The notes under the pieces are model-generated. The model did not search any database, was not told the DNA's origin, and worked only from the letters and a program-made list of their open reading frames with translations. From positions 1 to 64,000 of the forward strand of contig NW_021835462.1 of NCBI RefSeq assembly GCF_006345805.1: a stretch of DNA of 64,000 nucleotides. Direction: 5' to 3'. Below are positions 25,052 through 36,484 of this stretch, one piece after another. Position 1 is the stretch's first letter, and the number at the start of each line of letters is the position of its first letter. The position numbers and the translations under genes are program-made. The DNA is from Octopus sinensis. Its lineage: Eukaryota.

Positions 25052-25247
25052 TTATGGTGTATATATATTTATACATATATCAATAAATATATATACAGCT
25101 GTATATATATTTATACATATATGTATACATGTATGTAAATATATGTATGTGTGTACATATATATATGTGTGTGTGTGTATGTGTGTGTATGTGTATGTAT
25201 GTATATATATATATTTATATATATATATGTGTGTGCATGAGTGTGTG

Positions 25248-25283
<36 letters not shown>

Positions 25284-25323
25284 AATATTTATACTTATAT
25301 GTAAATATATGTATGTGTATGTG

Positions 25324-25354
<31 letters not shown>

Positions 25355-25365
25355 ATGTGTATGTA

Positions 25366-25403
<38 letters not shown>

Positions 25404-26610
25404 TGTGTGTGTGTGTGTGTGTGGTGTGTGTGTGTGTGTGTGTCTGTGTCTGTGTGTGTGGTGTATTCATTTTCAGTGGTATTAAGACTGATTCATCCAC
25501 TGTCAACGGTCACTCATAAAAGAAGCGCCATCTTGTCGGCCCATTTTGCCGCTCAACTACACAGCAATGCCACGATTTTTTTCGTTTTGTCTCCACGCAA
25601 CACTTATTCTCTGGGCCTCCATTCTCTCTCTCTCTCACTCTCGCTCTCTCTCTCTATTCTATGTCCGTACAAGTGACCTTATCCTTTTACATTCTGCATT
25701 CTGCAACACTTCATTTCGTTCAGGCGCTTTAACAAAATACAAAAAAAGCAAAAAATTATTATTATTCAACACCACTTAATTGTGACGTTGTTGTTGTTGT
25801 TGCTGTCGTAGACATCGTTCTTATTATTCATCTTAAAACTTCGTCTGGTCTTCTTCCTTCCCCGAAAACTAAAAGCCATACCCGTGTTGTTGTTGTTGTT
25901 GTTATACTTGTTTAGTTCGTCTTATCAATTACAAATACAGCAAAATGTGTGCTTGCTGTTGTTGTTGTTGTTGCTATTGCTGTTATCATTGTACATAGGT
26001 CAACACTTTACACTCTTTCACGTTTCTCTTCTCCTTCATCTCTCCCCCTCCTCCCCCCTCTCCTCCTTCTACCACTCCTCCACCTCCTTCTCATTCTTCG
26101 ACATCGTCGCCATTGTGCTCGCTTTCTTGTTGTACTTATCTCATTCTTCGCTTCTCCTTTTTCTTCTTGATTTTGTTCCACATTTTTTTGTCGTCCCAAT
26201 GCCCTCCACCACCACCACATCCACCACCACCACCACCACCACCACTACTACTACCACTATGCATATTGTGTTTGTTCATTCTACAGGTGATTTTATGGCT
26301 ATCCATACATAACAGAGCTTAACCCAGCGTGTCAGCCAGTGTCAATACTAAGTGACTGTACATTTAATATTTGCTTTTATTCAAACTCCACAAGTAATAT
26401 GCAAACTCACACTCACACACATTTAGGTATATATACGTACACACATACAAACATACACACACATTCATAAATACACATACATACATATACATATATATAT
26501 GAATATGAAATATAAAATTATAAAGAAAGCTGTTTAACAATTTTATATATATATTGATACATACATACAAAGAAATATATACAGACACAAACACGCACAC
26601 ACACACAGAT

Positions 26611-26644
<34 letters not shown>

Positions 26645-26996
26645 TCGATTCGATTCGTTCCGTTTCGTTTCTTCTCCCAGTATATATATATACAATGTAC
26701 GTATGTATATGTATGTATTTTATATGTATTTATACATACATATATAATATATGTATATATATATATATAATAGAAATATTAAAATACTAAGTCTCTCTAA
26801 AAGAGAACAACGGCAGCGTTCCCGGAAAATATTAGTTTATCCATACTAATATGACATTCTTATAAAAATAAGAAAAAAGCTGACCGCTATTTATTAGCTC
26901 CATGAGGCCATCGCCTAAGTTAGCTATTTGATACACATCTGTATCCATATAACCTTGAACAAGGAGGTCAGTCGCTCCACACTACTTGGCCGGCAG

Positions 26997-27033
26997 CTAC
27001 AGAGCGTTCGGGGTATGCCCCTTTTCAATGCAG
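26997..27033 (-). ncRNA. Hammerhead motif in unit A (single-base deletions as assembled)
   Basis: Same motif with three single-base deletions relative to the A' copy (plus strand ctacagagcgttcggggtatgccccttttcaatgcag). Confidence 0.6.
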
Positions 27034-27351
27034 CGTAGCCAAACCAGTAGGTGTCGCTTCCGACAATCTCTGTTCAAAGGTTTTATTTACCTAGCTTCGG
27101 TGGAATACATCCACTTGTTTTCAATAATAGAAATATTAAAATTATAAGTCTCTCTAAAAGAGAACAACGGCAGCGTTCCCGGAAAATATTAGTTATCGCC
27201 ATACTAATATGACATTCTTATAAAATAAGAAAAAAGCTGACCGCTTATTAGCTCCATGAGGCCATCGCCTTAAGTTAGCTATTTGATACACATCTGTATC
27301 CATAAACTTTGAACAAGGGAGGTCAGTCGCTCCACACTACTTGGCCGGCAG

Positions 27352-27391
27352 CTACAGACGCGTTTCGGGGTATTGCCCCTTTTCAATGCAG
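27352..27391 (-). ncRNA. Minimal type I hammerhead ribozyme motif (intact copy)
   Basis: The minus strand reads CUGCA-UUGAAAA-GGGG caaua CCCC-GAAA-CGCG-UC-UGUAG. Helix I is CUGCA/UGUAG, the core is UUGAAAA (U3-A8 variant of CUGANGA), helix II is GGGG/CCCC, followed by GAAA, palindromic ACGCGU helix III and a GUC cleavage triplet. Confidence 0.82.
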
Positions 27392-27547
27392 CGTAGCCAA
27401 ACCAGTAGGTGTCGCTTCGACAATCTCTGTTCAAGGTTTTATTTTAATATTTCTATTATTGAAAACAAGTGGATGTTTCCACCGAAGCTAGGTAAAATAA
27501 CCTTTGAACAGAGATTGTCGGAAGCGACACCTACTGGCTTGGCTACG

Positions 27548-27590
27548 CTGCATTGAAAAGAAAAGGGCAATACCCCGAACGCGTCTGTAG
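27548..27590 (+). ncRNA. Hammerhead motif in the inverted unit (small indels as assembled)
   Basis: ctgca-ttgaaaa-gaaaagggcaatacccc-gaa-cgcg-tc-tgtag, with an insertion before helix II and one missing A in GAAA. Confidence 0.6.
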
Positions 27591-27797
27591 CTGCCGGCCA
27601 AGTAGTGTGGAGCGACTGACCTCCCTTGTTCAAAGGTTATATGGATACAGATGTGTATTACTCAAATAGCTAACTTAAGGCGATGGGCATGGAGCTAATA
27701 GCGGTCAGCTTTTTTCTTATTTTTATAAGAATGTCATTATATATATGGCGATAACTAATATTTTATTATATATATATATATATATAATATCGATATA

Positions 27798-27853
<56 letters not shown>

Positions 27854-27870
27854 CATATATGTGTGTGTAT

Positions 27871-27908
<38 letters not shown>

Positions 27909-28173
27909 TTATATATATATATATATATACATACCTATGCTTATATGCACATACAATATGAAACAATTAAATTTTTGCTTGGTGTGTAAGTAAGTGTGTG
28001 TGGGTGGGGGATGAGAAAGAGTGTGCGTGCGCACGAGCACTCACAGTATGTAACTATAAGGTCGAACGGGTGGAGGCAGTAAGGTAGTTGGACCGTGAAA
28101 TATAAAATTCTGATGCGGATCTGAATGTTTGAATTTGAGGAAATAATTCATTTTCTGAAACATCTGTGTGTGT

Positions 28174-28213
<40 letters not shown>

Positions 28214-28379
28214 GTGTGTTGTGTGTGTGTGTGTGTGTGTGCGTGCGTGTGTGTGTATGTTTGTGTGTGTGTGTATGTGTGTGTTTGCATGTGTGTATGT
28301 GCATGTGTGTGTGTGTGTGTGTGTGTGTGTATCAGTACTATTCATGTGAAACAATAATTCATATAAAAATGACTACCTG

Positions 28380-29080
28380 ACATACCCGGTAAAAAATAAC
28401 CGTTAATAAGATGTCTGTTTATAGCCGTGAAACATTCTTCGTCAAATTTCGACATTTTTTTTTCTCAATTTAAAAATCTATATTAATGGACAGGACCGAT
28501 TTGATGAAACAAATGAGCAGAGTCTGGTAGCGAACCCGTGTAATTGTCGTTTTTGTGCATGTGCGTGAAATGGCAAAATTTTACGCTTTGGGGCAGATTT
28601 CGTCAAATTGATGTCACGATGTCCATTGTGCAAAATGCCTAAATATTACTTGAGAAATAAACTGGTTTTACCTAATCAAAACCTGAAACACTGGGGGAAT
28701 TAAAACAACGAATTGAAATAATAAGTTTTAGCAAATCAAAGTAATTCTCAATGAAATTAGGAATTAGCAAATGCTAAATAGATTACTGTCAATAAACTGT
28801 CTGTTTATACACATGAAACCATTTTTGTCAAATTTCGGCATTTTTCGTTAAATTGATGTCACGATGGCTAGTGCGAAAAAAGCCGAAATTCTACGATTTT
28901 GAAAAATTGATGCTGATTAAAAATCGATTTTTTAAAAATTTCAAGTGTGTAAGTGACAGCATGGATATAAGCCCCACACTCGTGTCAAGTTTCATCTAAG
29001 TCTGTTGGATAGTTTTGGTGGAGTTAAAGTTAATTCCCAAACACATAAACACGCCATTGAATATTATAGATATAAATATA
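28380..29080. repeat. Probable non-autonomous element with internal direct repeats, class unknown
   Basis: Two dispersed copies each of tgtctgtttata...gtcaaatttcg(a/g)catttt (~28410-28460, ~28800-28845) and aaattgatgtcacgatg (~28605, ~28850). Confidence 0.4.
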
Positions 29081-30220
29081 TTCTTGACAGACAGAACCCA
29101 ATACGCTGTAGTCAAAGGAGTAAAGTCAATCCCAGCCAAAGTCAGTAATGGTGTTCCACAAGGCACGGTGTTGGCCCCACTTCTTTTCATCATCTACATT
29201 AATGACATAACTGACATAATCAAGCACAGTAACATAAGAATTTTTGAAGATGATTCCAAGCTCCAGAAGACCAACAATAAAGTGGGTGACCGGAAATGCC
29301 TTCAGTCCGACCTACTGGTTGTTATCCAACGGGCGGAAAAGGACAAGCTGCTGGTGAACGAGGACAAATTTGAGTTAATCAATTTTGAAAGAGGGAACAC
29401 ATTGAAACTCCCATACTCCCTTCCTTCAGGTGACACTCTCATGACAACCGACAACATCAGAGACTTGGGAGTAATTGTAAAAAAACAACATAAGCTGGGC
29501 TACTCACACAAACAGCAAAGTCAACATGGCCCGCAAAATGTGCTCCTGGATTCTTAGGACTTTCCACTCGAGAGATATCCACACCATTATCTTTCTCTAT
29601 TCCATTTTTGCCCGACTCCACCTTCAATACTGTTGTCCACTGTGGTCTCCTCAGACGAAACAAAGCATCATGGAAGTTGAAGCACCCCAAAGGTCAATTA
29701 CAAAAAAATATAGATGGCATGACATGCCTTGACTATTGGGGGTCGACTAGAAAAGCTCAAGTTTTATTCTCTTCAACGTTGCTGTGAGTGCCACATCATC
29801 TGAATGATGTGGAAAATATTCCATCAGCTTTGCCCAAATGATGTTGGCATCACCTTTAAGGTACACCCAACACTTGGACCCTGTGCCATCCGTCCACAAC
29901 ATAAATCACACTCGCATCTCATAACAACAATAGGGCACTATCATTTCACAGCAAATGGCCCTGCTCTATTTAACATTTCACCGACACACATTAAAACAGA
30001 AAGACACTCTATAAGGTTCAAGACGTCTCTGGACAAATTCCTTCAAGGAATCCCAGATAAACCTCCTGCACCCGGATATGTCTCCGTAAACAATAACTCT
30101 CTACTTGAGTGGGCTTTGGTGTTCGAATCTTGATTTGGATAACTTCGCCAGGGTATTAAGTTAGACATGGCCTGGGCCAACACGGGCCGAAACCTAGTAA
30201 TATATCAACTTATGAAATTA
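29081..30220 (+). mobile_element. 5'-truncated CR1-like LINE (RT C-terminal half plus 3' UTR), decayed
   Basis: FLTDRTQYAVVKG..NGVPQGTVLAPLLFIIYIND..IRIFEDDSK (the FADD motif is mutated to FEDD), then RDLGVIV, LQYCCPLWSP and FKTSLDKFLQGIPDKP. Frameshifts are present and an (ATCT)n tract follows. Confidence 0.9.
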
Positions 30221-30232
30221 TATCTATCTATC

Positions 30233-30368
<136 letters not shown>

Positions 30369-30388
30369 TATATAGTTATTATATATAT

Positions 30389-30422
<34 letters not shown>

Positions 30423-31050
30423 CATACATATATATATATGTATGCTTGTATGTATGTATATGTGTGTATATGCATGTATGCATGCCTCTATATATATGTT
30501 TTTATGTTTGTTTATATACGAACACACGCACACATATCGGGAGTTATTTAGATTCATTTTTCATTTCACTGTCGGTGTCCATCCAAAGAAGAAGCTTCTG
30601 TTATTGAATTCTTGCAATTTCTCAGACAGAATCGCACAAAACAATCGTTTTTAATCGAACTTAAAATTCTCTTCGCGGTTTTCAAAAACTAACGTCGAAT
30701 GTTTCAGTCAAAATTGTTAACTCTTGAGTTGTCTGCATCATGACAGACTTATTCTGCAGACCTTCTTACATTTAACCTCATCCTTTATTTATGCTCACCA
30801 CCGCTCCGACCATGCACCCCATACCATTAAGCCAAAACGGATTTGCAATGACATTCAACATTACTAAACGCATACAAGTGATTTTGTGCGCTATTTCGTT
30901 GAGCGCGGTTATAGTGATTCACGGGTAAAGAAAATCGCAAATGACTCGGCTAAAGTTAACAATGTACTTCTTAAAGTTTATGACCAAAAAATTGTTTAGT
31001 GATTAACTAGTAGCGAAATTTTAACAGTGTAGCATGACAGTTACCAACAT

Positions 31051-31221
31051 AGGCGCAGGAGTGGCTGCGTGGTAAGTACCTTGCTAACCAACCACATGGT
31101 TCCGGGTTCAGTCCCACTGCGTGGAATCTTGGGCAAGTGTCTTCTGCTATAGCCCCGGACCGACCAATGCCTTGTGAGTGGATTTGGTAGACGGAAACTG
31201 AAAGAAGCCTGTCGTATATAT

Positions 31222-31257
<36 letters not shown>

Positions 31258-31470
31258 ATATGTTTGTGTGTCTGTGTTTGTCCTTCTAGCATTGATGCTG
31301 GTGTGTTTACGTCCCCGTCACTTAGCGGTTCGGCAAAAGAGACCGATAGAATAAGTACTGGGCTTACAAAAGAATAAGTCCCGGGGTCGATTTGCTCGAC
31401 TAAAGGCGGTGCTCCAGCATGGCCGCAGTCAAATGACTGAAACAAGTAAAAGAGTAAAAGAGTAAAGAGT
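31051..31470 (+). mobile_element. OR2-like CORE SINE, full length
   Basis: Near-identical to 2148-2590, with an (AAAAGAGT)n tail. Confidence 0.88.
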
Positions 31471-31861
31471 ATGTTTCAGAAAATTTCTCGTTTCAAGGAA
31501 ATCTTCACTACCCGATCCTTCTGTTATAACCTTCAGACCTAACAAAAGTATAAGAGAACTACTAACTGGCCCTCTGACCCATTAGGGTTTCTGCTGCTTG
31601 TGCTCCCAGAAACAGTTACATGAAACGTAAACCTTATACATTGTGCAAAAGCAAGAGTCAAATCAATTCCATGAAAATACAACAGAAATGTTATATGTAT
31701 ACTGAAGTGCGGGGGCGGGTATTTGTAACGATTCTTCTTTGGTGTGCGCAGTGGAATGCACTAAACACAACGTTTGTGTTGTCTACACAACAAAAGATTT
31801 TATGGGTAAAGGTGTGAAGTCAGGTACAATAATAACAGTACTGCGACGGTAGTTCCCGATC

Positions 31862-32231
31862 ATCTCTCTCTATATAAACGGCAAAATGTCTGTGTGTGTG
31901 TGTGTGTGGTGTCCTTTATACAAATCCACGATTTTTCAGTTAGAGGGCTCGCACTTTCTATGATCATTCAAAATGGTCCAAGGGTGGTCGTGCACATCTT
32001 TACATTTCCCCAGTCACCCCGCAAAGCCATTACAAAATCAATAGCAGTGACATTTTTGTGAATTTTCTACCAAAACCCAATCAAAATGCCCGAAAACTGA
32101 TACGCTAATTGAATGCCAGTTAGCTGTATGTGATTGGTCGGAGATTGGACAGTACTTCACTCCGTGATGTAGCACGCACGCAGCTGTATATGCATGCACT
32201 AGCCTATGACCCGGCAACGCCGGGTCATAGT
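31862..32231 (+). mobile_element. Non-autonomous Helitron-like element
   Basis: Begins tctctctctatataaacggc (TC start) with an internal (TG)n. Ends in a perfect 12-bp hairpin ctatgacccggc-aac-gccgggtcatag (32204-32230) directly followed by T. No terminal inverted repeats. Confidence 0.6.
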
Positions 32232-32684
32232 ATATATATATAATAGTATATATATATAAAGCAGCTGTAAAGTAGGCATTCTCAAAAAAATATTCTCAGT
32301 ATGCTGAGCTTCCATTCCTCAAAACACACGAGGATAAGTTTATTTGTGAGTTACTAGCGTCACGTCCGGGAGGGAGGAACAAAATGATTTATACAAAAAT
32401 TTTGACTTAGTGTGCGATTTCCCTTTTCCTGTTTCTTTTTTTCATTTTGTTTTTCCTGCCCCCCGCCACCATGCGAATAATCTATACTTTATGTAGTCTT
32501 TTTGCTTAAAATGGAATTTAGGATAGTCCAGTTGAAATATTGAATTCCTGCATCTCTGTGTTCATTTTGGACCTGAAGTACACAGACAAACTGTGTGTGC
32601 TTATTACGTTTCGTGAAGAGTTGCATCAATTTTCACAACAACAATAATAATGATAATAATAATAATAACCCTTCCTACTATGGG

Positions 32685-32875
32685 CACAATGTCTAGAAAT
32701 TGGAGGAGGAGGGGGATGGCCGATCATATCGACCCCCAGGGCTCAACTGCTACATATTTTATCGACTCGATAGGGGGAGGGGGAGAAAGGCAAATTAGAC
32801 CTCGGCGGAATTTCAATTCAGGACGTAATGCCTGAGGAAAATACCGTGGAGCATTTTGTCCGGCGTGCTAACCAC
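32685..32875 (-). mobile_element. Degenerate SINE family B copy
   Basis: gacctcggcggaatttcaattcaggacgtaatgcc...ccggcgtgctaaccacc. Confidence 0.7.
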
Positions 32876-32879
32876 CCCT

Positions 32880-33051
32880 TGATGATGATGATGATGAGGA
32901 GGAGGAGGAGGAGGAGGACGACGACGACGACGACGACGAGGACGACGACGACGACGAGGAGGACGAGGAGGACGAGGGGGACGAGGAGGACGAGAAGGAT
33001 GAGGACGACGACTACGGCAATGATGATAACGATGACAAGAAGAAGAAGAAG

Positions 33052-33083
<32 letters not shown>

Positions 33084-33141
33084 GAAGAAGAAGAAGAAGA
33101 AGAAGAAGAAGAAGAAGAAGAAGAAGAAGAAGAAGAAGAAG
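32880..33141. repeat. GAT/GAG/GAC mosaic followed by a ~105-bp near-pure (GAA)n
   Basis: Seen directly; one GTA interruption near 33082. Confidence 0.95.
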
Positions 33142-33144
33142 ACG

Positions 33145-34630
33145 ACATCCTGTTTCCAGAAGAGCAGAAGGGATACTGCAAAGGCTCATATGTTCGTAAA
33201 GATGGGTCATTGATCAATAAAACCATAAATGAAGATTGCGAAGAGAAAAAGAAGGGTCTAAGCATGGCTTGGATCGATTACCAAAAATCTTTTGACAGCA
33301 TTTCCCACACGTGCGTCCTGAAATCTTTAGCCATGAACCAGGCAGTATCAACAATAATAAAAAAGCGATATAAAACAGTGCTGTAACTCCAGACAAAGGA
33401 CGGAATCATTAAATCTAAGGCCATCCCCATTCGAAGAGAATATTTCAAGGATAATCGCTCTCACCACTTCTTTTCTTCTTGGTACTCACGCCTTTAACTG
33501 ACATGCTAAACAGAACTGGATGTGTATTCAACTGCTATGAACTAACCAAACTAGACAAAAACAAAAAAAAAGGAAAATTTAGAATACACCACTCAAAATC
33601 TGACAGAGAAAGGTTATATATACAACGAATTGAAGACCTTAGACAAGTAGAAAACCATTGTGAAATAACCATCATAAGATTCCCAAAATATCAAACTCAG
33701 AAACAAAGAAATGTGGTACAAATAGCCACAAAACATGAGCATAACAAAAATAAATTGTTTCGTGTCTTTAAGGAAGCCGAAAGCTACAAGGAAGAGGTCA
33801 TAGTACGTGACAGCCACGAAGCAAAAGAGCAAACCACAAAAGCTGTAAAGCAACTGAAATCTAAACTAAAACTGGAACAACAGAATAACATGAGAAAAAA
33901 ATGGCAAGGAAAGGCTTTACAGGGCAGATAATGGGATAAGCTAAACAGATAAGAAATAAAGTAAGATCCCAAAGATGTTTGAGAAGCTCAGGACTTATAG
34001 CAGAGACTGATGAAGTCTTAATTGCGACACAAGATGAAAGCCTTCCCACCAGAAACCCACAAGGGAAAATAAGATAACTGCATAATATGTAGTGATGGGG
34101 GAAGAAGCAATAAATTAAATTGTCTCTGGCTGCCCCGTCTTGGCTAAGAAGGAACATATTCACAGAGTTGGGATCTATATACACTGGAAGCTACGCCAAT
34201 ACTGGAATGACAACAGAAAAAGGATGGTATAGGCATACCCTAGAAACGATCTCAGAAAATGACAAAGCGACCATAATCTGAGATATGACAACACACAAAG
34301 ATAGAGAAATTGAGGCTAATAGACCAGATATAGTCGTCAGAGATCATCAAGAGATTAAAAAACACCTTTCAATCGATGTATCAACCCCAACGGGTGAAAA
34401 TGTATCTCTAAAAGAAAGGGAGAAACTCTCAGAAGACAAAGGTCTGGAGATAGGAGTAACCCGGAAGTGGGTTAGAAAATAGAAATAAGCCCTACAATAA
34501 TAGGTGCATTAGATATGATTAAAAACATTCAAACAAATACATATAAAAAACACCAGGACTTATGAATGTGTATAACAGACAGAAAATAGTACTACTAGGC
34601 ACCGCACACATCCTACGTAAAGCACTTCCA
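33145..34630 (+). mobile_element. R4/Dong-clade non-LTR retrotransposon remnant (RT + restriction-like endonuclease), decayed and probably internally deleted
   Basis: LFPEEQKGYCKGSY, SMAWIDYQKSFDSISHT, a degenerate IFQGD-SLSPLLF..LTPLTDMLN, then EANRPDIVVRDHQ..IDVSTP..NVSLKEREKL and QKIVLLGTAHILRKAL. Confidence 0.85.
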
Positions 34631-34644
34631 AGAGATGTGTGTGT

Positions 34645-34810
34645 ACGACGGGCTTCTTTCAGTTTCCGTCTACCTGATCTATTCACAAGGCTTTTGTCGG
34701 TCCAAAGCTATAGCAGAAAACACTTGCCCAAGGTACCATGCGGTGGGACTGAACCCGGAATCATGTGGGTGGGAGGCAAGCATCTTAACACCTAACCACG
34801 CATGCGCCTG
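34645..34810 (-). mobile_element. OR2-like CORE SINE 5' half
   Basis: acgacgggcttctttcagtttccgtctacc...cacttgcccaaggtacc...gggactgaacccggaatc. Confidence 0.78.
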
Positions 34811-35125
34811 TTAGATATTTGCGAGTCAATGTCAAATGGTCTTTTCCTTGGAACGTGATCTCGAAACCCATATCGAACCGTAAATAATGCCTTGTAAATA
34901 TTGAGATGAAAAAAAAAATTTTGTCGGATAGGGGGAAAAAAAATTCGAAGACCTCACGTGGGAAACAAACCCACATCCCCCGTAGGCTTGACAAATGGTC
35001 TACCTTCGAACCAAAGCACTCCTTCGAATTTTGCCTATTTTAGAAATTTATTCTTACCAGCGAGAAATGTAAATTGCTGACATCTTAACAATTTATAAAC
35101 ATTTGAGAGAACGATATAATTCTCC

Positions 35126-35568
35126 GATCTTTTCGGTTTGAACGGCAGTTTTTTCTAGCGGTGTCATATGAAATTGTTATCCATAATTATGACCCTCGTA
35201 TCGATCTATTGCATTTCGATCTGTTTTAGGGTTAGGGTTAGTTACGGTTAGTTAGGGTTAGGGTTAGGGGTGGGGGGAAGGGTATCTTTTTTTTCTTCAC
35301 AAATGTAAATAAACCCAATCTGTTTCTTAAACGAGGGACATATTCATACGGCACAGAATGTTTTTCACCTCAATAGACGTCAGTGATTGGTTGAAATTGC
35401 AGAAATTGAATAAAAAAAAGCAACAAATATCTTACAAACTATAGAATTTCCTCAATAAAGCCAAGAGAAAAAGATGTTTTATAAACACATTCTACCAGTA
35501 TACAAAGTTTAAAAGTGTTTTGTTACGTGGAAATTGTGTTAAAAACTGCCGTTCAAATCGAATAGATC
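35126..35568. mobile_element. MITE-like element with ~28-bp terminal inverted repeats and internal TTAGGG-like repeats
   Basis: gatcttttcggtttgaacggcagttttt (35126-35153) and aaaaactgccgttcaaatcgaatagatc (35541-35568) are inverted repeats. A degenerate (TTAGGG)n lies at about 35225-35268. Confidence 0.72.
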
Positions 35569-35777
35569 CAAATTTTCACTTGGAAGTGGATCTAGAAGCA
35601 CAGAAAAGAGCTTTATATGTGATTCGAGATCCAGTTCCAAAATCGATACATATATACTTGCATGCATGTATGTATGTATGTATGTATGTATTATGTATGT
35701 ATGTATGTATGTATGTATGTCAATAATGACATTTTCAGTATGCTCAAAAGATGCGACTCTCCTCTTCCCTCTCTCTG

Positions 35778-35810
<33 letters not shown>

Positions 35811-36022
35811 TAAGCATACATACACACACACATACATATATGTGTATATATGTATATATATATACATATATACATTTATATATATATATATACATATATA
35901 CATATATATAATATTTATATTATGTAGCATATATATATGTAGATATATATATAAGTATATATATGTGTATATATGTGTAAATATACAAACACACACATAC
36001 ATATAAATACATATATATATAT

Positions 36023-36053
<31 letters not shown>

Positions 36054-36341
36054 CTTATACATATAAATGTACGCATACACACACACACACACACACATAC
36101 ATAGTGTGAAAGCGTTTCCACTTCACTGTACCTACCTACCGCACCTCTCTTCGTGTTTTCTTTCCTCTTTCCTTCTCTTTCATTTTGTACTTTATGTGAC
36201 TCGGTAAAATCTTTTATCTGTTTCTCTCTTCATCTCTATTTCCCACTCAGTTTTTTAAATTCTTTTCCTGTCTCTTTTATGCGTCTACTTCCCTCTTAAC
36301 CCATTCGTCTTCTATTTTTCTCCCTCTCTATTTCTATCCGA

Positions 36342-36484
<143 letters not shown>

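Larger units (their letters stand above)
26769..27764. mobile_element. Hammerhead-bearing ~356-bp repeat, two direct copies plus one inverted copy (non-LTR retrozyme or Penelope pseudo-LTR-like)
   Basis: Unit A spans 26769-27125, unit A' 27126-27443 (truncated), and the inverted unit 27444-27764. Each contains the hammerhead motif described in the next feature. Confidence 0.8.

Noticed and set aside
25884-26322. ORFs with Gly/Thr/Leu runs that might be a host exon
   Set aside because: Built from triplet repeats, with stops in alternative frames and no recognisable domain or convincing splice pair.
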